DNA of 64,000 nucleotides from a virus (lineage: Duplodnaviria; Heunggongvirae; Uroviricota; Caudoviricetes), in IMG/VR virus record IMGVR_UViG_3300027710_000010, positions 53,763-117,762 of that record, one strand, 5' to 3'. Position 1 is the stretch's first letter, and every line of letters starts with the position of its first letter. A program made the position numbers and the translations under genes. Positions 16,366 through 27,387 of the stretch are shown one piece after another. Below the pieces are notes generated by a model. It saw only the letters and a list, made by a program, of their open reading frames with translations, was not told the DNA's origin and ran no database searches.

Positions 16366-16944
16366 CTAGGTTATTCGTTTGATATCGTTCCAGTCTAAAT
16401 CAGACACGTCAACTAGAATGTCTTGAATTGCCAGTGTTGATTTAAATTCTAAGAGTGTATACATTAGCTTTGCTAGTTCAATAGGTTGCATTTTTTTAGA
16501 ATCAAATATCTTCGCCATATCAGTATCTACTAGACCAATAGTAAAATTCATAATATGAGGCCTTGCTTTAAAAATCCTATCATTAATTATTCTTGACTGT
16601 TCAGCTTTATCTTGAACATATTCTTCCATGTATGCGGGAACATTTTTTATTAGTATAGATTTACTATTAATATTAATTATAGTATTTGTAGTACCTTCCC
16701 ATAATTGTATAGTGTCCAATAACAACTGTTTTTGTGCATTCGGTGCGTAGGCGTTGTTTATAAAAACATCACATGTCTTTAGAACGTTATTAATATGCTT
16801 ACGTGTTGCTTCATCATTGATGTCGTGTCCGTTTGATCTACTGAATCCAAATACTGTATGTCCTTGTGCTGTAAAATATTCAGTTAGGGCTTTACCTATT
16901 CCATTAGTATGACCAGTAATTGCTATGTTCATAACGACTTCCAA
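16366..16944 (-). CDS. short-chain dehydrogenase/reductase (SDR) family protein
   Basis: N-terminal IAITGHTNGIGKAL matches the TGxxxGxG NAD(P)-binding motif. Confidence 0.6.
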   Translation of the reverse strand: MEVVMNIAITGHTNGIGKALTEYFTAQGHTVFGFSRSNGHDINDEATRKHINNVLKTCDVFINNAYAPNAQKQLLLDTIQLWEGTTNTIININSKSILIKNVPAYMEEYVQDKAEQSRIINDRIFKARPHIMNFTIGLVDTDMAKIFDSKKMQPIELAKLMYTLLEFKSTLAIQDILVDVSDLDWNDIKRIT

Positions 16945-18485
16945 TTTAATTTTTTTAAAATATATTCTTGAACTAATATATTGCTTTCTCTTGGATAATT
17001 TTCTAAGACGTTAATATCGTCATCCATCAACTGTTGTAGAGTCTTGTCACTGTAATATTCAAATGGCTTGTTATAAACTAATTCAAGATCTCCGACATTC
17101 CACATTACTGGACCGTAATTTGATGCATATCTATTCTTATAAAAATTAGCAACAATTTTCATAGTGTCCATGATATTCCATTCATCATTTTCCCAGCTTA
17201 TACCAGTATTCTCTATCAAACTCTCCCCTACACCATACTGTGTTGGTATCTGTTTAAATAGGTCCTTAATAGCTGGATACATATCAAAAGCAGTTTCTCG
17301 ATAGTTATATTTTTTCCAGTCAGTGGTTAATTTAGAAAAGTTATCCCCACCGTTTGGTTTAGGAATATACATTGGAAATAATATTAAATTTTCTGTTTTC
17401 CAGTTAGTCTCAAACCACGTTAATGATTTTTCTAGACTCTCTTTAGTTTCATAGGGTAACCCTGCAATTAAACTAACTTGCCCTTTGTATATACCATTCT
17501 TTTTAAAATAGTCCCTTGCTTCCAATAAACCAGGTAGTAGTTTATCAGGGTGCATACCTTTACCGATTGTTTTTAAACTTTCTGGGTTAGTTGATTCTAC
17601 ACCGTAGTGATGTCCTACAAATCCCATGTCTAACATAATATCCCAGTCTTGTTTTCGTGATACTAATAAGTCTGCCCTAGCAAATCCAAAGAATCTAGGT
17701 TTAAATGAAAGTTTTTTGATTGCAGTTTGAAACTTTTGCAATTTTTCTGTATAGTCGTTGACTGTTTCATCTGCAATAACATATCGTGTAACACCAAACC
17801 GATCATATGTGTCCTGCAATTCTTCTCGTAAATCTTCTGCGTCTCTACTGTGATCTTCCTTAACACCTAATACAGGAAAGTTACAAAAACTACAATTGAA
17901 TATACAACCACGACCAAACTCTACTACTAGAGTTTCATTAGCTAAAATAAAATCTCTATCCTCATAACATATTCTTAATTTTTTCATAGGAAAACTTGGA
18001 TAGTCGGTATTGCCTTTGATTACCCTTCTTCCATTTATTCCTAATTGATATTTTACTTTTTCACCACCAGTAATATGTTTGAGCAATGCTTCTATTGCTC
18101 GTTCTCCAAACCCATCTACATACCAATCTGCTTCAATACGATAGTTGTTGCTGATTTGTCCGCCTGCAATAATTTTTATATTAGGATACGTATCTCTTAC
18201 CCACTTAAAGTATAATTCTAATTTAGGCGACCAAATTGGAAAAGTACTACCGAACCCAATAAAAACAGTTTTGTTGCTAACTCTTGAGTTGGTAAATTCT
18301 TGTAACTGTTCTAAACTCCAGCCCATTACAAAGTCTAATACTTCTATGTCCCAATTTTGCTCTCTAAGATAAGTTGCGATCCTATGTGCTCCGCCTGTCC
18401 TCTTGTATACTGCGTGTACATTAGACAATGAACTAAAACCTGTTAAAATTAATCCGTGCATAGTTGTATTATAGTACGCCAGCAA
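16929..18485 (-). CDS. B12-binding-domain radical SAM enzyme
   Basis: CxxxCxxC motif GRGCIFNCSFCNFP mid-protein; ~180-aa N-terminal domain typical of cobalamin-binding class B radical SAM proteins; paralogous to 21144..22571. Confidence 0.7.
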   Translation of the reverse strand: MLAYYNTTMHGLILTGFSSLSNVHAVYKRTGGAHRIATYLREQNWDIEVLDFVMGWSLEQLQEFTNSRVSNKTVFIGFGSTFPIWSPKLELYFKWVRDTYPNIKIIAGGQISNNYRIEADWYVDGFGERAIEALLKHITGGEKVKYQLGINGRRVIKGNTDYPSFPMKKLRICYEDRDFILANETLVVEFGRGCIFNCSFCNFPVLGVKEDHSRDAEDLREELQDTYDRFGVTRYVIADETVNDYTEKLQKFQTAIKKLSFKPRFFGFARADLLVSRKQDWDIMLDMGFVGHHYGVESTNPESLKTIGKGMHPDKLLPGLLEARDYFKKNGIYKGQVSLIAGLPYETKESLEKSLTWFETNWKTENLILFPMYIPKPNGGDNFSKLTTDWKKYNYRETAFDMYPAIKDLFKQIPTQYGVGESLIENTGISWENDEWNIMDTMKIVANFYKNRYASNYGPVMWNVGDLELVYNKPFEYYSDKTLQQLMDDDINVLENYPRESNILVQEYILKKLNWKSL

Positions 18486-19119
18486 TAATGACTACGTTTG
18501 ATTTTAAATGATATTGATCAACTTTATGTACTTTAAAAGCTAATCCGCAAGAATCTAATTGTTCTTTGATTTCTTCTACTGTAAAACATGCTCGTAAACT
18601 ATTTTCAAAATCTAATCTAAAAATGTCGTCCAAGTAGGGCTCTTTAAATTTAATTATTTCTTGTAGTTCTTCTTCAGTATCAGGTCTAATAAAATCTAGT
18701 ATAAAAACATCTTTCGGGGCTATCCTTTTAATGGATTCCCAAAACTGTAAAGGATCGTGAAAGTGATGTAAGGTCAAAGAAGAAATTACCCTATCATAGT
18801 ATTGTGTAACATCTGTGATTGATTTTTGTTCAAATTTAATATTATCGTGATTTCTAGTCAGTGATAACATTTCAGAACTATTGTCTATTCCTACAATTTT
18901 GGTAGTAGGATGTATTACAGCTATTTCTTCAGTTAAGTCTCCAGGGCCGCAGCCAAGATCAACCATAGTTTCTGGGACTTGTTTTTTGACTGACACATAG
19001 GCCAATTTAAATAGATGTTTAATTTGGTCCCTATCATTTTTATAGTATGACTGCACTTGCAAAGGATCTATCATTAATTCTGGTTCAACGATTCTTTTCA
19101 TGATATATTTATTAACCAT
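18469..19119 (-). CDS. class I SAM-dependent methyltransferase
   Basis: Motif I MVDLGCGPGDLT. Confidence 0.7.
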   Translation of the reverse strand: MVNKYIMKRIVEPELMIDPLQVQSYYKNDRDQIKHLFKLAYVSVKKQVPETMVDLGCGPGDLTEEIAVIHPTTKIVGIDNSSEMLSLTRNHDNIKFEQKSITDVTQYYDRVISSLTLHHFHDPLQFWESIKRIAPKDVFILDFIRPDTEEELQEIIKFKEPYLDDIFRLDFENSLRACFTVEEIKEQLDSCGLAFKVHKVDQYHLKSNVVIIAGVL

Positions 19120-19140
19120 ATCATTGATGATATATAATTT

Positions 19141-19992
19141 ATGAATCAGTCTTATACGTTAAGTCCTAGCAACTTCGAATTTGTGATTGAAGATCACTTT
19201 CCAAAATTGCCTAGCAATAAAAAGGTTGGGGTGTTTTTGTCTGGCGGAATGGAATCGAGTTTGATTAGTTTGATAGCCAGCAAGCATTATGGCAAAGATC
19301 GTGTTATCTTCTTTTATTCTGATAATATATTTTCCTCTAACGATCCTGCTAGAAACGTCTACATTCACACTAATATAAATCGAGCTGCCAAACTGCTTGA
19401 TATAACTCCCACTTACTTGGATTTTAATTATACTGCTCACGTTGATAATCGCAAACAATCTATACAGGATAAAATGCAAAGTTTAAAAACAGATTATGCT
19501 GTTGATTTTGTAATGTTTGGCTTTACTAAATTATTTTTCGACGTAGAAATTTTTAAACAGCAGGACATGACTATTGAAAAAATCAAAGAAATTGCCTACG
19601 CTGATCCTATTAAATACAAATCTACTATTGAAGAATTTCATTTAGACACTGGACGATATACTGAGCATTTATTAGACATAGATATTCCAGCCGAAGTATA
19701 CCCGTTGCTCAGGCAAACTTCAGGATTTATTAAGAGTCCTTTTAATCAGTTGAATAAAAGTGAAGTTGTTGACCTTTACAGGCAACTAGGATTACTAGAC
19801 AAGTTATACGGCACGAGCTCTTGTATTAGAGATAGTTTGACTGTTACTGGCAAGCATTGCGGTGCTTGTTTTAATTGTCAGCAAAGGTGGGATGCATTTA
19901 AAATATTGGGTGATATTGAAGACTTAACTGAGTACAATTCCGACAATATTAAACATTATAGAGAACAATTAGAACATGCTATTCATTCATAA
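19141..19992 (+). CDS. QueC-like PP-loop ATP pyrophosphatase
   Basis: SGGMES P-loop (SGGxDS family) and C-terminal Zn-site-like CGACFNC resembling QueC CGHCAAC. Confidence 0.6.
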   Translation: MNQSYTLSPSNFEFVIEDHFPKLPSNKKVGVFLSGGMESSLISLIASKHYGKDRVIFFYSDNIFSSNDPARNVYIHTNINRAAKLLDITPTYLDFNYTAHVDNRKQSIQDKMQSLKTDYAVDFVMFGFTKLFFDVEIFKQQDMTIEKIKEIAYADPIKYKSTIEEFHLDTGRYTEHLLDIDIPAEVYPLLRQTSGFIKSPFNQLNKSEVVDLYRQLGLLDKLYGTSSCIRDSLTVTGKHCGACFNCQQRWDAFKILGDIEDLTEYNSDNIKHYREQLEHAIHS

Positions 19993-21142
19993 AACAGTTA
20001 GTCTATGTGACCATTGTTATAAACACATACCCGCGGTTGTCTACGAAAAAGATGACAAAATCATGATGACTAAGCGTTGTCCTGAACACGGTGAACTTAC
20101 AAGCATTGTTGAAATTGATACTGAATTTTATTACAGACTGCACCATGATAGAGACATTGACTCTTTTAATCAAATTTTATTTGAAGCCAGTGATAGGTGT
20201 CAGCTAAGTTGTCCTCATTGTTATCACCTACCAGACAACAAGATTACTGATAGGCCTATTGCAGAGATCATAGAGCAATTAAGGCAATTTCCTAAAGATA
20301 GTGCGCCTATGTTAGCAGGTGCTGAAGCTACTCTTAGACCTGACTTTATTGAGCTGTGTGAAGAAATTAACACACTGGGATTTAAAAAATTCGAGCTTTT
20401 GTCTAACGGTTTGCGTTTTGCTAATGAGGAATGGACTAAACAAGTTTACGATGCTGGGTTAAAGACCATGTGCTTGGGACTGAACCATCCCAGTTATCAA
20501 GGTGAGTCAGTTCATGCTAAACAACTTGTTGGCTTGCAAAATATGATTGATATAGGCTATGACATTGGCTATGTTGGCTACACTATTGAGGATTACGATC
20601 ATTTAGAGTTTATTTTAAACGAGATCAAGTCTATCCATCATCCTAAAATTAATCACTACAGGATAAGATGTGGTAGTTTTATCGGGCGTAGCAGTGACAT
20701 TCAACGAGGTTATCTAAGTACACTAGTACGATTAGTCAAAGAACAACTTGGTGGCAATGTAACGGCTTATTCTTCGGATGACAATCCATACCATGTTATG
20801 TTACAATGGAATGATATACTACTGAGATTAATCCAGTGGCCGGATGTTACAAATATCGACTTAGAGGAACTTGCGACAGGACCGTGGTGTCAATTTTATG
20901 ATGGCCCAGTTACTAATTTTGTACATCAAGTTATTACTAGAGACGCTTATAAGAATATGAGTTTGCCAAAACTTGATACTGTCCCTGAAAAATACCAATA
21001 TAGAACGATGTCTGGTAGTCACACGGCCTACTGGAAAAACAACTGGCAAGGCCCTATAGAATTTGAATCGTTTGACTGGAATCTAGATAGTATTGGGGTT
21101 AAATTAGCCTCCGCAATCATACCTATAAAAGTAAGGAACTAA
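19976..21142 (+). CDS. radical SAM enzyme with N-terminal Cys-rich region
   Basis: CQLSCPHCY (Cx3Cx2C) plus upstream CDHC...CPEH cysteines. Confidence 0.6.
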   Translation: MLFIHKTVSLCDHCYKHIPAVVYEKDDKIMMTKRCPEHGELTSIVEIDTEFYYRLHHDRDIDSFNQILFEASDRCQLSCPHCYHLPDNKITDRPIAEIIEQLRQFPKDSAPMLAGAEATLRPDFIELCEEINTLGFKKFELLSNGLRFANEEWTKQVYDAGLKTMCLGLNHPSYQGESVHAKQLVGLQNMIDIGYDIGYVGYTIEDYDHLEFILNEIKSIHHPKINHYRIRCGSFIGRSSDIQRGYLSTLVRLVKEQLGGNVTAYSSDDNPYHVMLQWNDILLRLIQWPDVTNIDLEELATGPWCQFYDGPVTNFVHQVITRDAYKNMSLPKLDTVPEKYQYRTMSGSHTAYWKNNWQGPIEFESFDWNLDSIGVKLASAIIPIKVRN

Positions 21143-21143
21143 T

Positions 21144-22571
21144 ATGTCTGGAACTAACGTAATTTTTCTAACCTCAGTCATGACTCACTGGCTTGAAAGA
21201 AGTATTGGTGCATACCAACTTTCCAATTTTATAAAGAATCATGGTTACACAACTCAAGTGATAGATTTTATTCACTTACTGCCCAAAGATGTATTAATGA
21301 TGCTTCTTAAAAAATTTACTAGCGACAAAACTCAAGTATTAGCAGTGAGTACAACCTTTATATCTGAAGATGCCTATATCGGGGCTAACGCTATTAACAA
21401 GCAAAAGAAACCCGGAGTTATGTTTGAAAGTTTATCAACATGCTTAATAGAATATAAAAAACTTTTCCCCCATGTGAAAATAATTGCCGGAGGAGCTAAA
21501 GCAATGAGGTTTTATAATACTGGATTGTTTGACTACTGTTTTACAGGTTACGGTGAATTGGCATTACTAAACTTCTTAAAAGCAGGATCAAATAGGACTG
21601 GTAAAATTATTGAAGGCGATCTTTATCTTGCTAAATTTAAAGCTCATGAAATCGATCACAAATTTTCCGACAATGATGTTATTTTCTCCAACGAAACTTT
21701 GCCTATTGAAATAAGTCGAGGTTGTATATTTAAATGCAAATTTTGTGCGTATCCATTAAATGGCAAGAGTAAACTAGATCACGTTAGGGATACACACTTA
21801 ATAAGAGATGAGTTGATCAGCAATTATGAAAAGTGGGGGATCACAAATTATATCATAAGCGACGATACATTTAACGATAGTAATGATAAATTAAAAACTC
21901 TACATGATATGATTGTAGATCTGCCTTTTAAAATTAACTTTGTGTGTTATCTTCGTCTAGACTTACTTTATCATTTTAGGGATTCACAATTAGAGATGTT
22001 AGAAAACATGGGGTTAAAATCTTGTCACTTTGGTGTTGAAAGTTTTAATCCGACAACGGCAAAATTTATTGGTAAGGGCATGAGTGAAAATAAAACTAAA
22101 GATTTTTTATTATTTTTAAAAGATCGATGGAAGGATAAAATTAGTTTCATGTGTACGTTTATTACTGGGTTACCATTTGAAACAAAAGAAAGTTGTATAG
22201 AAACTGGTAAGTGGTGCAACGATAACAATATAACATTTTGGATGATGCCATTGTTTATAGATCCTGATAGAACATACAAAAGTGACATAGACATCAACTA
22301 TGAAAAATATGGATATAAGTTAGAGGATGACTTATCGTGGACTACTGAGTATATGACAATGGATGAGGCTATTCAAATTGCAAGTGAGTTTACTTCGGAT
22401 CCTAGTAAACACAAAATTTCTGCTTGGAATATGTTTGCATTACTATCACTAGGCGTATATACTGCTGACGAACTGTATCATTTATCTTATTCAGATTTAG
22501 ATAAAGATCAAGGCAGGACACTGATGCAGAAAAAGATGACTCAATATGTACAAAGGTTAATGACAGTGTGA
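21144..22571 (+). CDS. B12-binding-domain radical SAM enzyme (paralog)
   Basis: SRGCIFKCKFCAYP; overall co-linear with 16929..18485. Confidence 0.7.
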   Translation: MSGTNVIFLTSVMTHWLERSIGAYQLSNFIKNHGYTTQVIDFIHLLPKDVLMMLLKKFTSDKTQVLAVSTTFISEDAYIGANAINKQKKPGVMFESLSTCLIEYKKLFPHVKIIAGGAKAMRFYNTGLFDYCFTGYGELALLNFLKAGSNRTGKIIEGDLYLAKFKAHEIDHKFSDNDVIFSNETLPIEISRGCIFKCKFCAYPLNGKSKLDHVRDTHLIRDELISNYEKWGITNYIISDDTFNDSNDKLKTLHDMIVDLPFKINFVCYLRLDLLYHFRDSQLEMLENMGLKSCHFGVESFNPTTAKFIGKGMSENKTKDFLLFLKDRWKDKISFMCTFITGLPFETKESCIETGKWCNDNNITFWMMPLFIDPDRTYKSDIDINYEKYGYKLEDDLSWTTEYMTMDEAIQIASEFTSDPSKHKISAWNMFALLSLGVYTADELYHLSYSDLDKDQGRTLMQKKMTQYVQRLMTV

Positions 22572-23143
22572 ATAACTTTATTACAAAAATAAATTTTACT
22601 GCAGATGTTGAAAAAATGAACGCTGACTTAGACAGCGTATTAAAGCATTTTCATTGGACATTGCCTGCTAGCCCTATCCATAATCAAATAGGCATTAGGC
22701 ATAGACCTGACGCTGACAATATTTGGCTTGATAGCTCGGGCAGTTTATACAATAAAGAGCTAGGAAGATTTACAGGACAAGAAGGCGACTTTTCAGAATG
22801 GAATCCGCACTTACCAGAGTATACACGTACAGTTATTGAACAATTGATGACTTCTGAAAATATTAAAATAGGCCGTGCTAGGTATATGTTAGCACCCCCT
22901 CGACGTGGCCTCACTGTACACAGGGACTTTGAACAACGCTATCATTTTGTTTTACGCACAAATCCAAATGCATTTTTTGGCGAACGGGTTACAGAAGATG
23001 ATGTAACTGCTAAATGCTATCATGTTCCTGCAGATGGATCATTTTATAAAGTAGATACGTTACGTGATCACTTTATATACAACGGCGGCACTGAAGATAG
23101 GATACACTTAGTATTAAATGTGAATGGAAATCAAAATGGATGA
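22568..23143 (+). CDS. Asp/Asn beta-hydroxylase-like 2OG-Fe(II) oxygenase
   Basis: HRD ... H facial-triad arrangement (LTVHRDFE ... RIHLVLNV). Confidence 0.45.
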   Translation: MNNFITKINFTADVEKMNADLDSVLKHFHWTLPASPIHNQIGIRHRPDADNIWLDSSGSLYNKELGRFTGQEGDFSEWNPHLPEYTRTVIEQLMTSENIKIGRARYMLAPPRRGLTVHRDFEQRYHFVLRTNPNAFFGERVTEDDVTAKCYHVPADGSFYKVDTLRDHFIYNGGTEDRIHLVLNVNGNQNG

Positions 23144-23711
23144 ATACAAAGTTATAAACAGATCTACACCAGAGTGGGAAGAGATTTATAAGATTGCTCA
23201 AGAAGATAAAACTCATGATCTATGGGAGAACTATCAGTCTATTAAGTTAGACGAATATGAACATATGATTGTAAATGTGCGTGATTCTAAACCAGCAGCA
23301 TTTCACGGCATTTTTAATCACGGACGATGGCCTGAGAATTACAGTAGGATATGTAATAGAGCATATATAAACCCATACTTTAGAGATCTAGGACAAGGTC
23401 TGGAAATAACCAGTAACAACATCAAATTTGTATTGGACAATTATTCTAAATGGGGTAAGGAAGTGTTATTCATTTCCAGGGGTGTTCAGTACGACAATGT
23501 TGAAGTCAGTTGGCGAAAATTTAAAAAATTTGTGCAATATCTTAAGGATACAACTGGGTATACTGACTTAACCTATGATGATCGTTTATATAAATGTTGT
23601 AGATCTGGGTGTAAAGAATGCTACCAATTTGCTGTATGGTACAATCCGTTGGGAGTAAGTAATAACATATCAAGTATCAGCATGTCTACGTGGTCCAAGT
23701 TACCTAAATGA
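23124..23711 (+). CDS. hypothetical protein
   Basis: 195 aa ORF in operon context; no motifs recognised. Confidence 0.5.
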   Translation: MEIKMDEYKVINRSTPEWEEIYKIAQEDKTHDLWENYQSIKLDEYEHMIVNVRDSKPAAFHGIFNHGRWPENYSRICNRAYINPYFRDLGQGLEITSNNIKFVLDNYSKWGKEVLFISRGVQYDNVEVSWRKFKKFVQYLKDTTGYTDLTYDDRLYKCCRSGCKECYQFAVWYNPLGVSNNISSISMSTWSKLPK

Positions 23712-23742
23712 TAAATATTGATATTAAACAGAGAGAATTTTA

Positions 23743-24477
23743 ATGGATTCTGCAACAATTAAGCAAACACTAGTAGACGAGGTCGCATATTGGGACTCCG
23801 TCAGCATCAATGCGTTTTACAAAAACGCCGCGTATAACCCAACACTGGGCTATCTCACAGTGAAGTCATTTGAAAACGGATATATTGCCGTTAACCCAAC
23901 AACTGTAACTTACTATGATACGGTCTTTGGCATTGAATATAGAATTGCTAAAAACTATAATGAAAACGACTGGGCTTGTATGCAAGGATTATATGCATTA
24001 AGTTTGGATGATGCTAGAGGGTTTAAAATTTGCCAACCGTTGGAATCAAGTTTGGCTACTGTTAATGGTGAACAATGGATGTTTACTGCAATTCAGCATC
24101 CAGATGCTGAATTTGGAAAACCCTGGGTTAATAAAATCCCGGTAGCTGGTTCAAGTATCATTGTTCGATACGCTGAAAAAGCAGTGGATTTTCTTCGTGC
24201 AGTTAAACAGGTCAGCGGCACACATGGCATGGGATTAGCACCAGCAAAGGCTGCAAATTTAAGTGAATTTTGGAATAACGGAACAGGTTGGTATTGGAGA
24301 CGAGTCGATAACTGGTCAGTACCGTTTAATGATGCTGTTAAAAACACATTAAGCGACACTAAATCCTCATTCAATTATTTGGCTGCTAAAGGCAAACCAG
24401 AAGTACTTAGTGCAATAACACACTTAAATGATAAAGATACATACTTGGAAAACTTATGGCTACCATTAACACAATAA
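23743..24477 (+). CDS. hypothetical protein
   Basis: 244 aa ORF; no motifs recognised. Confidence 0.5.
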   Translation: MDSATIKQTLVDEVAYWDSVSINAFYKNAAYNPTLGYLTVKSFENGYIAVNPTTVTYYDTVFGIEYRIAKNYNENDWACMQGLYALSLDDARGFKICQPLESSLATVNGEQWMFTAIQHPDAEFGKPWVNKIPVAGSSIIVRYAEKAVDFLRAVKQVSGTHGMGLAPAKAANLSEFWNNGTGWYWRRVDNWSVPFNDAVKNTLSDTKSSFNYLAAKGKPEVLSAITHLNDKDTYLENLWLPLTQ

Positions 24478-24641
24478 CATTCGAAGTCATTTCTAATAAT
24501 GGAGTAGTCAGCATTGACGTGCCCGACTTCTTAATAGAAGAGTTTGGGCGAACATTAGTTTGGCCGGAAATGCCACATCATGTAAAAATGATTTCGCCAC
24601 TAGACGCTACAAAATCAATTACGACAAATTTTGCTTCTTAA
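24456..24641 (+). CDS. hypothetical small protein
   Basis: 61 aa ORF overlapping the upstream stop; weak. Confidence 0.3.
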   Translation: MATINTITFEVISNNGVVSIDVPDFLIEEFGRTLVWPEMPHHVKMISPLDATKSITTNFAS

Positions 24642-25343
24642 AACTTCTCTAGCAGAAGGTTTAACACTTAAAAATAACTGGTAAGTATCATCGGCCCCGG
24701 TATATGCATCGTGTACTAGGGTCGTATTTATGATGTAAAGTCTGCCTGGCTCTATACCATCAACGTCCTTCATTTGCCCTGAATCTTCATCATAAAATCT
24801 TACATGAAGATCATCAGCGTTCACACATGCCCATAACCTAAACCACAAGGAAGGTATAATCGTATCAATGTGCGGATAAAATTCTGCACCTGCATTCCAT
24901 TTAAAGATGTTTGATCGACACCAATGGTTGTCCAACACTCTCATGGGACTCAGTGATGGCATATTCATAACTGGTGTTGGGGTAGTAAAGTCCAAGTCTA
25001 AAAATGGTGTGTTGGGGTGTTGCTTATTCCAAGCCATCATTGATCCATTGACTGGATCGTTATTGTGTAATACCCCGTGCTCGTTGACTAGAGCTAGGCC
25101 GTACCTTGGCAAGTGTGTATGTGTAGTTCCCCACTGTTCAAAATAGTTATTATATGATTGTATATCAGTCATAAACTGTTTACAATCTATTTTTATATCA
25201 AGAGGGGTTAACGGTTGGGGATGAAACTTTTTATATTCGTCATTGTCTATTACATCAGTAAATGACTTGCATCTTTCTAATGCACCCGACTTTGTGAATA
25301 CCTCAATAGTTTCTGAAATTACTTTATTAGCATCTACTTTCAT
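24615..25343 (-). CDS. Asp/Asn hydroxylase-like 2OG-Fe(II) oxygenase-fold protein
   Basis: FYPHIDTII ... LVHDAY (HxD...H arrangement). Confidence 0.45.
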   Translation of the reverse strand: MKVDANKVISETIEVFTKSGALERCKSFTDVIDNDEYKKFHPQPLTPLDIKIDCKQFMTDIQSYNNYFEQWGTTHTHLPRYGLALVNEHGVLHNNDPVNGSMMAWNKQHPNTPFLDLDFTTPTPVMNMPSLSPMRVLDNHWCRSNIFKWNAGAEFYPHIDTIIPSLWFRLWACVNADDLHVRFYDEDSGQMKDVDGIEPGRLYIINTTLVHDAYTGADDTYQLFLSVKPSAREVLRSKICRN

Positions 25344-25801
25344 AGTTTGTATTTTATACGGGTTACTAACTGTTCGTAAGTTTCATCAAATATAGATATC
25401 TTTAACATGATGCGTTCATTAGGCCCATTAAACACCGCATGTGGTACTGTTGTGTTCAGCAAGGCTTGTTGATAGACGTACTCGATATCTTCAATGGTAA
25501 TTGGCGCAGGTGTATCTGTCAGTATTAAATTAATTGAGCATTGTGTTCCGTTATCAACATGCTCTGGTATTTCTGCAAATGGCTCTAACCAATAAAATCT
25601 TGGTCGCCCTTCAACTTCAAAGTCTGCCATTACTCTTTCAATATGTTCGTCAGTGTAATGCCCAATGTGCCATCGGTCTAATCGTAGTTCTGGATACCTA
25701 GAATCTTTATAAGGTTCAGACTGCAACTTTGCTATTGCGGCTGATTCTAATAAGACTCTGGTATCCAGAGGATAGTTTAACAGTGTCAAATATTCCTTCA
25801 T
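25340..25801 (-). CDS. hypothetical protein
   Basis: 153 aa ORF, translationally coupled to neighbours. Confidence 0.5.
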   Translation of the reverse strand: MKEYLTLLNYPLDTRVLLESAAIAKLQSEPYKDSRYPELRLDRWHIGHYTDEHIERVMADFEVEGRPRFYWLEPFAEIPEHVDNGTQCSINLILTDTPAPITIEDIEYVYQQALLNTTVPHAVFNGPNERIMLKISIFDETYEQLVTRIKYKL

Positions 25802-25812
25802 GGAATATTTAA

Positions 25813-26346
25813 TTAACTATTCAATACCCTTGCTACGGAAGTGATTACTGCGGCAATACGTCCAATATCACGAAGTTGTTCTACAGTGTAGCCTTCCTTC
25901 TTCAATGTTTCGTAGTGCGCCTTGACGCAAAAATGACACTTGCCAACGATACTTGCGGCCAAACTGTATGCTTCAAAACGTGCCTTAGTAGTTCCGCCGT
26001 GGCTAGCAATAGCATTCATACGCAACTGAGCCGGCAGACCAGTTAGTGCAGGATCATCGGCCATCTCAATGTAGGGATACCATATGTTATTCTGTGCCAT
26101 GATTGCGGCTGCTGTCAGTGCGGCGTCACGTTCTTTAACTTCATCTAGTTCATCAGTTTGACTAATCATACTTGCTGAAATAAAAGTAACAAGTTTACCG
26201 TTACCAGTTGCCATTGCGGCTGCTAATGCACAGCCATTTGCTTCAATCTCTTTAAGCGTACTGCGCTTAATTACCGCATCCAGATTTAGTTTAGTGTCCT
26301 TGGCATATTCTGGTAAGCCTTCTTTAATTTGATCAATCCAACTCAT
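25813..26346 (-). CDS. AhpD-like / carboxymuconolactone decarboxylase family protein
   Basis: GKCHFCVKAH (CxxCxxxH) signature. Confidence 0.5.
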   Translation of the reverse strand: MSWIDQIKEGLPEYAKDTKLNLDAVIKRSTLKEIEANGCALAAAMATGNGKLVTFISASMISQTDELDEVKERDAALTAAAIMAQNNIWYPYIEMADDPALTGLPAQLRMNAIASHGGTTKARFEAYSLAASIVGKCHFCVKAHYETLKKEGYTVEQLRDIGRIAAVITSVARVLNS

Positions 26347-26765
26347 TTCTTATCTCCTTGTGTTTCTTTAGCAATTGATTTGTATCCATTATATGTAGGG
26401 TGTACATTATCAGGACTACGTGCATGGTTGCGTGAATCAATGACGTTGTCGTTGTATTTTTTTGCAACCATCAATACTGCATTTCTTTTTGGTTCTTTAA
26501 TGTTAGGTAAGATCCAGTATACTCTATCTGCCTTGACTAACTGCCTAAGCGTGTCCAATTCTTCATATGTATTGATACTTGCATAATCATTCGAGCCCAA
26601 GCTGATAATCACATTTTTTGCTGTGGTGTTACCTTGCGTGTGCAATATATGACGATTAACATAGTCATAACTGTTGATACCGCTCTTGGCATAAGTCACA
26701 CATTCTTTACGAACTTGTCCTACGCCTACTGCTAAACTATCACCCATAATTAAACATTCTAACAT
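26343..26765 (-). CDS. SGNH/GDSL hydrolase family protein
   Basis: N-terminal GDSL motif (IMGDSLAVG) and SLGSNDY block. Confidence 0.6.
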   Translation of the reverse strand: MLECLIMGDSLAVGVGQVRKECVTYAKSGINSYDYVNRHILHTQGNTTAKNVIISLGSNDYASINTYEELDTLRQLVKADRVYWILPNIKEPKRNAVLMVAKKYNDNVIDSRNHARSPDNVHPTYNGYKSIAKETQGDKK

Positions 26766-26766
26766 A

Positions 26767-27387
26767 TCAATATTTCCCTGATGCTAGTACAATTTGACAA
26801 ATGTGTTCTAGTCGTTCAATATGTTCAAACGCACGCCATGGACTTGTGTCAATAGCAACTACACCGTGTCCTTTAATTCCCACAATGTCGTAAGCAACAT
26901 TGCCGTAATCATCTAATTCGAGATTTTCATGACACTTGTCTGCAAGTTCTTGACTGATAGGGGGTACATCACCTACATTAGGCGCAACCTTAGTATAGCG
27001 GTTCAATTCTGGAAACGCATCGCTAATAGTACTTAGGTCAATACCGGCATGCATAGCGGCGATACAGTAAGTCGGATGTAGATGAACTACAACCCTAACA
27101 TCGTTGTTATGCTGTCCCATTGCTCGCTGTAAGCCAAAGTGCAGAGGAATCTCCCCACTTGGTTTTAGATTAGCACTAATATCAGTGTAGAAATCTTCTT
27201 GCCAGAGCAAACCGTGAATGCTGATCTTTTTAAATTGATCAGGTTGCATTGTCTGTTTACGGACGCCACTGGGAGTGATGTAAAAGTGATCACGGTCGTG
27301 ATGACGAATACTTACGTTGCCATCACGACTGGTAATCCAGTTGCGTCTATATGCTTCAACTAATGTATCGCATATAGTTTCTAACAT
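26767..27387 (-). CDS. class II aldolase/adducin family protein (start trimmed to internal Met)
   Basis: RDGNVSIRH ... ITPSGV motifs typical of the L-fuculose/L-ribulose-5-P epimerase family. Confidence 0.65.
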   Translation of the reverse strand: MLETICDTLVEAYRRNWITSRDGNVSIRHHDRDHFYITPSGVRKQTMQPDQFKKISIHGLLWQEDFYTDISANLKPSGEIPLHFGLQRAMGQHNNDVRVVVHLHPTYCIAAMHAGIDLSTISDAFPELNRYTKVAPNVGDVPPISQELADKCHENLELDDYGNVAYDIVGIKGHGVVAIDTSPWRAFEHIERLEHICQIVLASGKY